A DNA stretch of 64,000 nt from Escherichia coli. GTDB taxonomy: Bacteria; Pseudomonadota; Gammaproteobacteria; Enterobacterales; Enterobacteriaceae. Every line of letters starts with the position of its first letter. The stretch's first letter is position 1. The stretch lies in the NCBI RefSeq assembly GCF_046105845.1, contig NZ_CP151004.1, one strand, 5' to 3'. The translations under genes were made by a program, and so were the position numbers. Below are positions 1 through 10,315 of the stretch, one piece after another. The notes beneath the pieces were generated by a model. That model was not told where the DNA came from, did not search any database, and worked only from the letters and a program-made list of their open reading frames with translations.

Positions 1-972
1 GTTAGCGCGCGGGCTAATAACCCTGAACCTGGTTTCCAGTTGATTAACCAGCGAATCACCCACAGCACGATTAACGACAATATTTGGGCATCGCTACAAA
101 ATGCTCAAATTCAGGCGTTGAAAACGCTCGACCAGCGTCCAGCGGAGAAATTCGCCCAGCAGATGTATGAGACGCGCTATGCTGATGACCGCACGAAATT
201 ACTGCAAGAAAATCAGATTGCACAGTTTACTGCCGCAGATGCGCTGGCTGCCGATCGCCAGTTGTTTTCATCTCCAGCGGATATCACGTTTGTCATTGTC
301 GGTAATGTCGCAGAAGACAAACTCGTGGCGTTAATTACGCGTTACTTAGGGTCAATCAAACACTCTGATTCGCCATTAGCCGCAGGTAAACCATTAACTC
401 GCGCGACGGACAACGCATCGGTTACTGTAAAAGAACAAAATGAACCTGTGGTACAGGTTTCACAGTGGAAGCGTTATGATTCCCGGACACCTGTTAATCT
501 GGCGACGCGTATGGCGCTCGATGCTTTTAACGTCGCACTGGCAAAAGATCTACGCGTTAATATTCGTGAACAGGCCTCTGGGGCATACAGCGTTTCTTCT
601 CGCCTCTCGGTTGATCCTCAGGCCAAAGATATCAGTCATTTGCTGGCTTTTACTTGTCAACCGGAACGACATGATGAACTGTTAACGTTAGCGAATGAAG
701 TGATGGTTAAGCGTCTGGCTAAAGGGATCAGTGAGCAAGAACTGAACGAATACCAGCAAAACGTTCAGCGCAGCCTCGATATCCAACAGCGTAGCGTTCA
801 ACAATTAGCGAACACCATTGTAAATAGTCTTATTCAATATGACGATCCTGCAGCATGGACTGAGCAGGAGCAATTATTGAAACAAATGACGGTAGAGAAT
901 GTTAACACTGCCGTTAAACAATATCTTTCTCATCCGGTGAATACCTATACCGGAGTATTATTGCCAAAATAA
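1..972 (+). CDS. pqqL: Zinc metallopeptidase PqqL (M16 family), C-terminal ~323 codons; 5' end lies outside the window
   Basis: Frame-1 reading frame open from window edge to stop at 970-972 (track ORF 40..972 is its internal-Met portion); translation recognised as PqqL C-terminus; sits upstream of gadB as expected. Confidence 0.85.
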   Translation, partial: VSARANNPEPGFQLINQRITHSTINDNIWASLQNAQIQALKTLDQRPAEKFAQQMYETRYADDRTKLLQENQIAQFTAADALAADRQLFSSPADITFVIVGNVAEDKLVALITRYLGSIKHSDSPLAAGKPLTRATDNASVTVKEQNEPVVQVSQWKRYDSRTPVNLATRMALDAFNVALAKDLRVNIREQASGAYSVSSRLSVDPQAKDISHLLAFTCQPERHDELLTLANEVMVKRLAKGISEQELNEYQQNVQRSLDIQQRSVQQLANTIVNSLIQYDDPAAWTEQEQLLKQMTVENVNTAVKQYLSHPVNTYTGVLLPK

Positions 973-978
973 TAACAG

Positions 979-1008
979 CCCCGTCAACACCTCGTTGGCG
1001 GGGATTTT
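979..1008 (+). terminator. Rho-independent terminator-like hairpin after pqqL (CCCCGTCAAC / GTTGGCGGGG stem, then ATTTT)
   Basis: 10-bp stem with one G-U pair and short loop followed by T-rich tract, read from sequence. Confidence 0.5.
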
Positions 1009-1234
1009 AGCAATATTCGCTATTTTTATGTAATAATTTTATAAATGCGTTCAAAATAATAACCAAGTACTAATAGTGATATTTTAAGGTCTGATTTTTA
1101 CGTGATAATTCAGGAGGCGTAGAAAGTGCATAAAAATAACAGCATAAAACACCTTGCCATCACCCAAGAATTCAATAATGTATTGATTTTCAATGATAAA
1201 ATATTATTCGCATAATATCTCACGATAAATAACA

Positions 1235-1254
1235 TTAGGATTTTGTTATTTAAA
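1235..1254 (+). promoter_or_regulatory. GAD box (GadX/GadW/GadE-binding element) upstream of gadB
   Basis: Sequence TTAGGATTTTGTTATTTAAA about 80 bp upstream of gadB start; matches the conserved 20-bp gad box as I remember it. Confidence 0.65.
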
Positions 1255-1333
1255 CACGAGTCCTTTGCACTTGCTTACTTTATCGATAAATCCTACTTTT
1301 TTAATGCGATCCAATCATTTTAAGGAGTTTAAA

Positions 1334-2734
1334 ATGGATAAGAAGCTAGTAACGGATTTAAGGTCGGAACTACTCGATTCACGTTTTGGTGCGAAGTCTA
1401 TTTCCACTATCGCAGAATCAAAACGTTTTCCGCTGCACGAAATGCGCGACGATGTCGCATTTCAGATTATCAATGACGAATTATATCTTGATGGCAACGC
1501 TCGTCAGAACCTGGCCACTTTCTGCCAGACCTGGGACGACGAAAATGTCCACAAGTTGATGGATTTATCCATTAACAAAAACTGGATCGACAAAGAAGAA
1601 TATCCGCAATCTGCAGCCATCGACCTGCGTTGCGTAAACATGGTTGCCGATCTGTGGCATGCGCCTGCGCCGAAAAATGGTCAGGCCGTTGGCACCAACA
1701 CCATTGGTTCTTCCGAGGCCTGTATGCTCGGCGGGATGGCGATGAAATGGCGTTGGCGCAAGCGTATGGAAGCCGCAGGTAAGCCGACCAACAAACCAAA
1801 CCTGGTGTGCGGTCCGGTACAAATCTGCTGGCATAAATTCGCCCGCTACTGGGATGTGGAGCTGCGTGAGATCCCTATGCGCCCCGGTCAGTTGTTTATG
1901 GACCCGAAACGCATGATTGAAGCCTGCGACGAAAACACCATCGGCGTGGTGCCGACTTTTGGCGTGACCTACACCGGTAACTATGAGTTCCCGCAGCCGC
2001 TGCACGATGCGCTGGATAAATTCCAGGCCGACACCGGTATCGACATCGACATGCACATCGACGCCGCCAGCGGTGGCTTCCTGGCACCGTTCGTCGCCCC
2101 GGATATCGTCTGGGACTTCCGCCTGCCGCGTGTGAAATCGATCAGTGCTTCAGGCCATAAATTCGGTCTGGCTCCGCTGGGCTGCGGCTGGGTTATCTGG
2201 CGTGATGAAGAAGCGCTGCCGCAGGAACTGGTGTTCAACGTTGACTATCTCGGTGGTCAGATTGGGACTTTCGCCATCAACTTCTCCCGCCCGGCGGGTC
2301 AGGTGATTGCACAGTACTATGAATTCCTGCGCCTTGGTCGTGAAGGCTATACCAAAGTACAGAACGCTTCCTACCAGGTCGCTGCCTATCTGGCGGATGA
2401 AATCGCCAAACTGGGGCCGTATGAGTTCATCTGTACTGGTCGCCCGGACGAAGGCATTCCGGCGGTTTGCTTCAAACTGAAAGATGGTGAAGATCCGGGA
2501 TACACCCTCTACGACCTCTCTGAACGTCTGCGTCTGCGCGGCTGGCAGGTTCCGGCCTTCACTCTCGGCGGTGAAGCCACCGACATCGTGGTGATGCGCA
2601 TTATGTGTCGTCGCGGCTTCGAAATGGACTTTGCTGAACTGTTGCTGGAAGACTACAAAGCCTCCCTGAAATATCTCAGCGATCACCCGAAACTGCAGGG
2701 TATTGCCCAGCAGAACAGCTTTAAACATACCTGA
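1334..2734 (+). CDS. gadB: Glutamate decarboxylase beta (PLP-dependent), 466 aa
   Basis: Track ORF 1265..2734; internal Met ([19 protein letters not shown]...) preceded by TAAGGAG RBS; full-length recognisable GadB sequence. Confidence 0.97.
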   Translation: MDKKLVTDLRSELLDSRFGAKSISTIAESKRFPLHEMRDDVAFQIINDELYLDGNARQNLATFCQTWDDENVHKLMDLSINKNWIDKEEYPQSAAIDLRCVNMVADLWHAPAPKNGQAVGTNTIGSSEACMLGGMAMKWRWRKRMEAAGKPTNKPNLVCGPVQICWHKFARYWDVELREIPMRPGQLFMDPKRMIEACDENTIGVVPTFGVTYTGNYEFPQPLHDALDKFQADTGIDIDMHIDAASGGFLAPFVAPDIVWDFRLPRVKSISASGHKFGLAPLGCGWVIWRDEEALPQELVFNVDYLGGQIGTFAINFSRPAGQVIAQYYEFLRLGREGYTKVQNASYQVAAYLADEIAKLGPYEFICTGRPDEGIPAVCFKLKDGEDPGYTLYDLSERLRLRGWQVPAFTLGGEATDIVVMRIMCRRGFEMDFAELLLEDYKASLKYLSDHPKLQGIAQQNSFKHT

Positions 2735-2754
2735 TAACGTTTAACGGTAACGGT

Positions 2755-2780
2755 GTCCCGAAACCCACCCGTTTCGGGAC
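2755..2780 (+). other. Intercistronic hairpin between gadB and gadC (GTCCCGAAAC / GTTTCGGGAC, 10-bp perfect stem)
   Basis: Perfect inverted repeat just after gadB stop; no following T-run, so likely an mRNA structural element rather than a strong terminator. Confidence 0.35.
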
Positions 2781-2889
2781 AATTTCCAAAGTCTGTTCAC
2801 TGGCATTAGCAACGGAAAATATTGTTCTGAATACGCTACAGAACAAAACAGGTGCGGTTCCGACAGGAATACCGTTTTAGGGGGATAAT

Positions 2890-4425
2890 ATGGCTACATC
2901 AGTACAGACAGGTAAAGCTAAGCAGCTCACATTACTCGGATTTTTTGCCATAACGGCATCGATGGTAATGGCTGTTTATGAATACCCTACCTTCGCAACA
3001 TCGGGCTTTTCATTAGTCTTCTTCCTGCTATTAGGCGGGATTTTATGGTTTATTCCCGTGGGACTTTGTGCTGCGGAAATGGCCACCGTCGACGGCTGGG
3101 AAGAAGGTGGTGTCTTCGCCTGGGTATCAAATACTCTGGGGCCGAGATGGGGATTTGCAGCGATCTCATTTGGCTATCTGCAAATCGCCATTGGTTTTAT
3201 TCCGATGCTCTATTTCGTGTTAGGGGCACTCTCCTACATCCTGAAATGGCCAGCGCTGAATGAAGACCCTATTACCAAAACTATTGCAGCACTCATCATT
3301 CTTTGGGCGCTGGCATTAACGCAGTTTGGTGGCACAAAATACACGGCGCGAATTGCTAAAGTTGGCTTCTTCGCCGGTATCCTGTTACCTGCATTTATTT
3401 TGATCGCATTAGCGGCTATTTATCTGCACTCCGGTGCCCCCGTTGCTATCGAAATGGATTCGAAGACCTTCTTCCCTGACTTCTCTAAAGTGGGCACCCT
3501 GGTTGTATTTGTTGCCTTCATTTTGAGTTATATGGGCGTTGAAGCTTCCGCAACCCACGTCAATGAAATGAGCAATCCAGGGCGTGACTATCCACTGGCT
3601 ATGTTACTGCTGATGGTGGCGGCAATCTGCTTAAGCTCTGTTGGCGGTTTGTCTATTGCGATGGTCATTCCGGGTAATGAAATCAACCTCTCCGCAGGGG
3701 TAATGCAAACCTTTACCGTTCTGATGTCCCATGTGGCACCGGAAATTGAGTGGACGGTTCGCGTGATCTCCGCACTGCTGTTACTGGGTGTTCTGGCGGA
3801 AATCGCCTCCTGGATTGTTGGTCCTTCTCGCGGGATGTATGTCACAGCGCAGAAAAACCTGCTGCCAGCGGCATTCGCTAAAATGAACAAAAATGGCGTA
3901 CCGGTAACGCTGGTCATTTCGCAGCTGGTGATTACTTCTATCGCGTTGATCATCCTCACCAATACCGGTGGCGGTAACAACATGTCCTTCCTGATCGCAC
4001 TGGCGCTGACGGTGGTGATTTATCTGTGTGCTTATTTCATGCTGTTTATTGGCTACATTGTGTTGGTTCTTAAACATCCTGACTTAAAACGCACATTTAA
4101 TATCCCTGGTGGTAAAGGGGTGAAACTGGTCGTGGCTGTTGTCGGTCTGCTGACTTCAATTATGGCGTTTATTGTTTCCTTCCTGCCGCCGGATAACATC
4201 CAGGGTGACTCTACCGATATGTATGTTGAATTACTGGTCGTTAGTTTCCTGGTGGTACTTGCCCTGCCCTTTATTCTCTATGCTGTTCATGATCGTAAAG
4301 GCAAAGGGAATACCGGCGTCACTCTGGAGCCAATCAACAGTCAGAACGCACCAAAAGGTCACTTCTTCCTGCACCCGCGTGCACGTTCACCACACTATAT
4401 TGTGATGAATGACAAGAAACACTAA
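2890..4425 (+). CDS. gadC: Glutamate:GABA antiporter (APC family), 511 aa
   Basis: Track ORF; ATG start; multi-pass membrane protein recognised as GadC; operonic with gadB. Confidence 0.97.
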   Translation: MATSVQTGKAKQLTLLGFFAITASMVMAVYEYPTFATSGFSLVFFLLLGGILWFIPVGLCAAEMATVDGWEEGGVFAWVSNTLGPRWGFAAISFGYLQIAIGFIPMLYFVLGALSYILKWPALNEDPITKTIAALIILWALALTQFGGTKYTARIAKVGFFAGILLPAFILIALAAIYLHSGAPVAIEMDSKTFFPDFSKVGTLVVFVAFILSYMGVEASATHVNEMSNPGRDYPLAMLLLMVAAICLSSVGGLSIAMVIPGNEINLSAGVMQTFTVLMSHVAPEIEWTVRVISALLLLGVLAEIASWIVGPSRGMYVTAQKNLLPAAFAKMNKNGVPVTLVISQLVITSIALIILTNTGGGNNMSFLIALALTVVIYLCAYFMLFIGYIVLVLKHPDLKRTFNIPGGKGVKLVVAVVGLLTSIMAFIVSFLPPDNIQGDSTDMYVELLVVSFLVVLALPFILYAVHDRKGKGNTGVTLEPINSQNAPKGHFFLHPRARSPHYIVMNDKKH

Positions 4426-4555
4426 CCATGTCTGAATGGTTATAAGATAAGGGAGCGATAATTCATCGCTCCCTTTTTCGTGCTTGCTGTCGTATTGACT
4501 TAACCGGGATAAGTACGAGAATGAGCGCACATCTGTTTACCGGAAACCAGCACAT

Positions 4556-5875
4556 ATGGATATCTGCTCCCGAAACGAGAAATTAGCGATTAGAAGACCA
4601 GCGGTACTGGTTGCACTGGCACTTTTACTGTGTAGTTGCAAAAGCACGCCTCCAGAGTCAATGGTGACACCACCAACAGGTTCGAAGCCACCAGCTACGA
4701 CGCAACAATCGTCACAACCGATGCGTGGCATCTGGCTGGCCACAGTGTCTCGCCTCGACTGGCCACCGGTTTCCTCGGTTAACATTAGTAACCCCACCAG
4801 CCGGGCCCGTGTACAACAACAGGCGATGATCGACAAACTGGATCATCTGCAACGTCTCGGCATAAACACGGTCTTTTTCCAGGTCAAGCCAGACGGTACC
4901 GCCCTGTGGCCATCGAAAATTTTGCCGTGGTCCGATCTTATGACCGGTAAGATTGGTGAAAATCCGGGTTACGATCCGCTGCAATTTATGCTCGACGAAG
5001 CCCACAAGCGTGGGATGAAAGTACACGCCTGGTTTAACCCCTATCGCGTATCGGTTAATACGAAGCCCGGTACTATCAGGGAACTGAATAGCACTCTGTC
5101 TCAACAACCAGCGAGCGTCTATGTGCAACACCGCGACTGGATCAGAACGTCCGGCGATCGCTTTGTCCTCGACCCGGGCATCCCTGAGGTTCAGGACTGG
5201 ATCACATCAATAGTCGCAGAAGTGGTTTCCCGCTATCCGGTAGATGGCGTGCAGTTTGACGACTATTTCTATACTGAGTCACCAGCTTCACGGCTAAATG
5301 ATAACGAAACGTACCGCAAATACGGAGGCGCATTTGCGTCAAAAGCAGACTGGCGGCGCAACAATACTCAGCAGTTAATTGCGAAGGTATCGCACACCAT
5401 TAAAAGCATTAAGCCGGAAGTCGAATTTGGCGTTAGCCCGGCAGGCGTGTGGCGTAACCGATCACACGATCCGCTCGGTTCCGATACCCGAGGCGCGGCA
5501 GCCTATGACGAATCATACGCTGACACCCGTCGATGGGTGGAACAAGGATTGCTGGATTACATTGCTCCCCAAATTTACTGGCCGTTCTCACGGAGTGCCG
5601 CACGTTATGACGTTTTGGCAAAATGGTGGGCGGATGTCGTTAAACCGACCAGGACCCGCCTGTATATCGGTATCGCCTTCTATAAAGTGGGTGAACCTTC
5701 AAAGATAGAGCCAGACTGGATGATTAACGGCGGCGTACCGGAACTGAAAAAGCAGCTCGATCTTAACGATGCCGTGCCAGAAATTAGCGGCACAATCTTG
5801 TTCCGTGAGGACTATCTGAATAAACCGCAGACTCAACAAGCGGTTAGCTATCTGCAAAGTCGTTGGGGCAGTTAA
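4556..5875 (+). CDS. yddW: Putative lipoprotein YddW (glycoside hydrolase-like family), 439 aa
   Basis: Track ORF; N-terminal signal with LLCSC lipobox-like motif; position between gadC and dosC. Confidence 0.85.
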   Translation: MDICSRNEKLAIRRPAVLVALALLLCSCKSTPPESMVTPPTGSKPPATTQQSSQPMRGIWLATVSRLDWPPVSSVNISNPTSRARVQQQAMIDKLDHLQRLGINTVFFQVKPDGTALWPSKILPWSDLMTGKIGENPGYDPLQFMLDEAHKRGMKVHAWFNPYRVSVNTKPGTIRELNSTLSQQPASVYVQHRDWIRTSGDRFVLDPGIPEVQDWITSIVAEVVSRYPVDGVQFDDYFYTESPASRLNDNETYRKYGGAFASKADWRRNNTQQLIAKVSHTIKSIKPEVEFGVSPAGVWRNRSHDPLGSDTRGAAAYDESYADTRRWVEQGLLDYIAPQIYWPFSRSAARYDVLAKWWADVVKPTRTRLYIGIAFYKVGEPSKIEPDWMINGGVPELKKQLDLNDAVPEISGTILFREDYLNKPQTQQAVSYLQSRWGS

Positions 5876-5892
5876 ACTCCCATTCTTACTTT

Positions 5893-5927
5893 GTAACAAG
5901 CCGGTGCTTTCCCCCCCGGCTTGTTAC
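5893..5927 (+). terminator. Terminator-like hairpin after yddW (12-bp perfect stem GTAACAAGCCGG / CCGGCTTGTTAC)
   Basis: Perfect 12-bp inverted repeat with 11-nt loop immediately 3' of yddW; weak T-tract. Confidence 0.45.
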
Positions 5928-6251
5928 CCTCTTGAAATATCCCACTAGTAATCATGCTTACTTAAGTCAAATTAACTACGCAATTAACCACACTTAGTTA
6001 AACAGTCATAAACCCCCTAATAAAAATGTATGAATATGAAAAAACATACGATATTCGCTGTCACCGAAAAATAATTACGATGGGCTATACTCTTCTGAAG
6101 AACAGTAGCGTAGATTGAAACTGTCCTAAGTCGCTTATTTGTTTTCAGTATATCTTCATATTTCAGGAGAATATGGTGCAGTTAGTCGATCTCGCACGTT
6201 GCGTTTCGTTTTGATTCCGTCTGCTTTCCCAGCCTTATAAGGGTGTGAATT

Positions 6252-7634
6252 ATGGAGATGTATTTTAAAAGAATGAAAGATGAGTGGACCGGGCTTGTCG
6301 AACAAGCAGATCCGCTCATTCGTGCTAAAGCCGCGGAAATTGCCGTTGCGCATGCCCATTATCTGAGTATTGAGTTTTACCGAATTGTCCGTATCGACCC
6401 GCATGCCGAAGAATTCTTGAGTAATGAACAAGTTGAGCGGCAGTTGAAAAGTGCGATGGAACGCTGGATTATTAACGTGCTTTCTGCCCAGGTTGACGAT
6501 GTCGAAAGGCTAATACAAATCCAGCATACCGTCGCGGAAGTGCATGCCCGCATAGGAATTCCGGTAGAAATTGTCGAGATGGGGTTTCGGGTGCTGAAAA
6601 AAATCCTCTATCCGGTAATCTTCTCTTCGGATTATTCCGCCGCAGAAAAACTTCAGGTCTACCATTTCTCTATTAACAGTATTGATATCGCTATGGAAGT
6701 GATGACCCGCGCGTTTACCTTTAGTGACAGTAGTGCCTCAAAGGAAGATGAAAACTATCGTATCTTCTCGTTACTGGAAAATGCCGAAGAAGAAAAAGAA
6801 CGGCAAATAGCCTCATTACTTTCATGGGAAATAGATATTATCTATAAAGTCCTACTGGATTCTGATTTAGGCAGTAGTTTGCCTTTAAGCCAGGCTGATT
6901 TTGGCCTGTGGTTTAACCATAAAGGTCGACATTATTTTAGCGGCATAGCCGAAGTGGGCCATATCTCCCGTCTGATTCAGGATTTCGACGGTATTTTCAA
7001 TCAAACCATGCGTAACACCAGGAATTTGAATAACAGAAGTTTGCGGGTGAAATTTTTATTACAGATAAGAAATACCGTATCGCAAATTATTACCTTGCTG
7101 CGTGAATTGTTTGAAGAAGTATCGCGCCACGAAGTCGGTATGGATGTACTGACGAAATTACTTAACCGCCGTTTCCTGCCGACGATCTTCAAACGCGAAA
7201 TTGCCCATGCCAACCGGACCGGTACACCGCTGTCAGTGCTGATTATTGACGTTGATAAATTCAAAGAGATTAACGATACGTGGGGCCATAACACTGGCGA
7301 TGAAATTCTGCGTAAAGTCTCTCAGGCCTTTTATGACAACGTCCGCAGTAGTGATTATGTTTTCCGCTACGGGGGCGATGAATTTATCATTGTTTTGACT
7401 GAAGCTTCGGAAAACGAAACGTTACGTACCGCAGAACGTATTCGCAGTCGGGTGGAGAAAACCAAACTGAAAGCCGCGAACGGCGAAGATATTGCCCTCT
7501 CACTTTCCATCGGTGCCGCCATGTTTAATGGTCATCCTGACTATGAGCGCCTCATTCAAATAGCCGATGAAGCTCTGTATATCGCCAAAAGACGAGGTAG
7601 AAACCGTGTTGAACTCTGGAAAGCCAGTCTTTAG
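6252..7634 (+). CDS. dosC: Oxygen-sensing diguanylate cyclase DosC (globin sensor + GGDEF), 460 aa
   Basis: Track ORF; GGDEF-domain C-terminus (RYGGDEF motif visible); recognised as DosC/YddV. Confidence 0.95.
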   Translation: MEMYFKRMKDEWTGLVEQADPLIRAKAAEIAVAHAHYLSIEFYRIVRIDPHAEEFLSNEQVERQLKSAMERWIINVLSAQVDDVERLIQIQHTVAEVHARIGIPVEIVEMGFRVLKKILYPVIFSSDYSAAEKLQVYHFSINSIDIAMEVMTRAFTFSDSSASKEDENYRIFSLLENAEEEKERQIASLLSWEIDIIYKVLLDSDLGSSLPLSQADFGLWFNHKGRHYFSGIAEVGHISRLIQDFDGIFNQTMRNTRNLNNRSLRVKFLLQIRNTVSQIITLLRELFEEVSRHEVGMDVLTKLLNRRFLPTIFKREIAHANRTGTPLSVLIIDVDKFKEINDTWGHNTGDEILRKVSQAFYDNVRSSDYVFRYGGDEFIIVLTEASENETLRTAERIRSRVEKTKLKAANGEDIALSLSIGAAMFNGHPDYERLIQIADEALYIAKRRGRNRVELWKASL

Positions 7635-7658
7635 ATGCGCCAGGATGCAGAGGTAATC

Positions 7659-10058
7659 ATGAAGCTAACCGATGCGGATAATGCCGCCGATGGCATTTTT
7701 TTCCCCGCCCTTGAGCAAAATATGATGGGCGCGGTGTTAATTAACGAAAATGATGAAGTGATGTTTTTCAACCCCGCCGCAGAGAAGCTCTGGGGGTACA
7801 AACGTGAAGAAGTTATTGGCAATAACATTGATATGCTGATTCCGCGGGATTTGCGTCCCGCGCATCCTGAATACATCCGTCACAACCGTGAAGGCGGTAA
7901 AGCGCGCGTCGAGGGGATGAGTCGGGAGCTGCAGCTGGAGAAAAAAGACGGCAGTAAAATCTGGACCCGTTTTGCGCTATCGAAAGTGAGCGCCGAGGGT
8001 AAAATTTATTACCTGGCGCTGGTACGAGATGCCAGCGTAGAAATGGCGCAAAAAGAACAGACCCGACAATTGATTATTGCCGTTGACCATCTCGACCGAC
8101 CGGTGATTGTCCTCGATCCGGAACGCCATATTGTGCAGTGCAATCGCGCATTTACCGAAATGTTTGGTTACTGCATTAGCGAAGCCAGCGGTATGCAGCC
8201 CGATACACTCCTGAACATTCCAGAATTCCCTGCTGATAACCGCATTCGTTTACAACAGTTGCTATGGAAAACCGCCCGCGATCAGGACGAATTTCTGCTG
8301 TTGACGCGCACCGGTGAAAAAATCTGGATTAAAGCCTCTATCAGCCCGGTCTATGATGTGCTCGCGCATCTGCAGAACCTGGTAATGACTTTCTCGGATA
8401 TCACCGAAGAACGGCAAATCCGCCAGCTTGAAGGCAATATTCTCGCCGCCATGTGCAGCAGCCCGCCATTTCATGAAATGGGGGAAATCATTTGTCGTAA
8501 CATCGAATCTGTTCTCAACGAATCGCATGTTTCGCTGTTCGCGCTGCGCAACGGGATGCCGATACACTGGGCGTCATCTTCGCACGGTACAGAAGTTCAA
8601 AATGCGCAAAGCTGGTCAGCGACCATTCGTCAGCGTGATGGCGCGCCGGCGGGGATCCTGCAAATTAAAACCTCGTCAGGAGCAGAAACCAGCGCCTTTA
8701 TCGAACGCGTGGCAGATATCAGCCAGCATATGGCCGCGCTGGCGCTGGAACAGGAAAAAAGCCGTCAGCATATTGAACAACTCATCCAATTTGATCCGAT
8801 GACCGGTCTGCCAAATCGCAATAACCTGCACAATTACCTCGATGACCTGGTCGACAAAGCCGTCTCTCCGGTGGTGTATCTCATCGGTGTTGACCATATT
8901 CAGGATGTGATTGATAGCCTTGGCTATGCGTGGGCCGATCAGGCATTGCTGGAAGTGGTCAATCGCTTTCGTGAAAAACTCAAACCGGATCAGTATCTCT
9001 GTCGTATCGAAGGTACGCAGTTTGTCCTCGTGAGCCTGGAAAACGACGTCAGTAACATTACCCAGATCGCCGATGAGCTACGGAATGTGGTCAGCAAGCC
9101 GATAATGATTGACGATAAACCATTCCCGCTTACCTTGAGTATTGGCATCAGCTACGACGTGGGTAAAAACCGCGATTACCTGCTCTCCACTGCTCACAAT
9201 GCAATGGATTATATTCGCAAGAATGGCGGTAACGGCTGGCAGTTCTTCAGCCCGGCGATGAACGAAATGGTAAAAGAGCGTTTGGTTTTAGGCGCAGCGC
9301 TGAAAGAAGCGATTAGCAATAACCAACTGAAACTGGTTTACCAGCCACAAATCTTCGCAGAAACGGGTGAACTCTACGGCATCGAAGCCCTTGCTCGCTG
9401 GCACGATCCCCTGCATGGTCATGTGCCCCCTTCACGGTTTATTCCTCTCGCAGAAGAGATTGGTGAAATCGAAAATATTGGGCGCTGGGTCATCGCGGAA
9501 GCTTGCCGTCAGTTAGCAGAATGGCGTAGCCAGAATATTCATATCCCGGCGTTATCCGTTAACTTGTCGGCGCTGCACTTTCGCAGTAATCAACTGCCTA
9601 ATCAGGTGTCTGATGCAATGCACGCCTGGGGTATTGACGGCCACCAGCTGACGGTGGAAATCACGGAAAGCATGATGATGGAACACGATACCGAAATCTT
9701 TAAGCGCATTCAGATCCTGCGCGATATGGGCGTGGGTTTATCGGTAGATGATTTTGGCACGGGCTTTTCCGGATTATCCCGCTTAGTCAGTCTTCCGGTA
9801 ACGGAAATCAAAATTGACAAAAGTTTTGTCGATCGTTGTCTGACCGAAAAACGCATCCTTGCCTTACTTGAAGCCATTACCAGCATTGGGCAAAGCCTTA
9901 ATTTAACCGTCGTGGCGGAAGGCGTCGAAACCAAAGAGCAATTTGAGATGCTACGCAAGATCCACTGTCGCGTTATTCAGGGATATTTCTTTTCCCGCCC
10001 CCTGCCCGCCGAAGAAATTCCAGGCTGGATGAGCAGCGTGTTACCGCTGAAAATCTGA
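7659..10058 (+). CDS. dosP: Oxygen-sensing c-di-GMP phosphodiesterase DosP (PAS-PAS-GGDEF-EAL), 799 aa
   Basis: Track ORF 7635..10058; start placed at internal Met MKLTDADNA...; EAL motif region present; immediately follows dosC. Confidence 0.93.
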   Translation: MKLTDADNAADGIFFPALEQNMMGAVLINENDEVMFFNPAAEKLWGYKREEVIGNNIDMLIPRDLRPAHPEYIRHNREGGKARVEGMSRELQLEKKDGSKIWTRFALSKVSAEGKIYYLALVRDASVEMAQKEQTRQLIIAVDHLDRPVIVLDPERHIVQCNRAFTEMFGYCISEASGMQPDTLLNIPEFPADNRIRLQQLLWKTARDQDEFLLLTRTGEKIWIKASISPVYDVLAHLQNLVMTFSDITEERQIRQLEGNILAAMCSSPPFHEMGEIICRNIESVLNESHVSLFALRNGMPIHWASSSHGTEVQNAQSWSATIRQRDGAPAGILQIKTSSGAETSAFIERVADISQHMAALALEQEKSRQHIEQLIQFDPMTGLPNRNNLHNYLDDLVDKAVSPVVYLIGVDHIQDVIDSLGYAWADQALLEVVNRFREKLKPDQYLCRIEGTQFVLVSLENDVSNITQIADELRNVVSKPIMIDDKPFPLTLSIGISYDVGKNRDYLLSTAHNAMDYIRKNGGNGWQFFSPAMNEMVKERLVLGAALKEAISNNQLKLVYQPQIFAETGELYGIEALARWHDPLHGHVPPSRFIPLAEEIGEIENIGRWVIAEACRQLAEWRSQNIHIPALSVNLSALHFRSNQLPNQVSDAMHAWGIDGHQLTVEITESMMMEHDTEIFKRIQILRDMGVGLSVDDFGTGFSGLSRLVSLPVTEIKIDKSFVDRCLTEKRILALLEAITSIGQSLNLTVVAEGVETKEQFEMLRKIHCRVIQGYFFSRPLPAEEIPGWMSSVLPLKI

Positions 10059-10071
10059 CAAATTCCTCTCG

Positions 10072-10094
10072 CCCGCACTCGCGGGTTTTCCTTT
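10072..10094 (+). terminator. Rho-independent terminator after dosP (CCCGC-ACTC-GCGGG then TTTTCCTTT)
   Basis: GC stem plus T-tract 14 bp after dosP stop. Confidence 0.5.
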
Positions 10095-10315
10095 AAAGTG
10101 ACACTGTCACTTAAATACTGTGATTTCAGCTACGATTCCGGGAGATTCCTTCCTTAACTTCCCCTCTTGCACCAAAACTGCACTACGCTGCACAAATGTT
10201 GATCAAAAGTTAAAAAATATAACTTTAAGCCAGCATTCTGGCGCTTATCCCGGCATGGCATGAGATCTGCATAAGCGGAAAGCGCAGCAATTTTTGTCTT
10301 ATACAGGAACCGTTT

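Noticed and set aside
1565-2728. Several minus-strand ORFs (163, 85 and 192 aa) inside gadB
   Set aside because: Antisense shadow ORFs within a well-supported GC-rich coding region; low-complexity Arg/Ala-rich translations; no RBS
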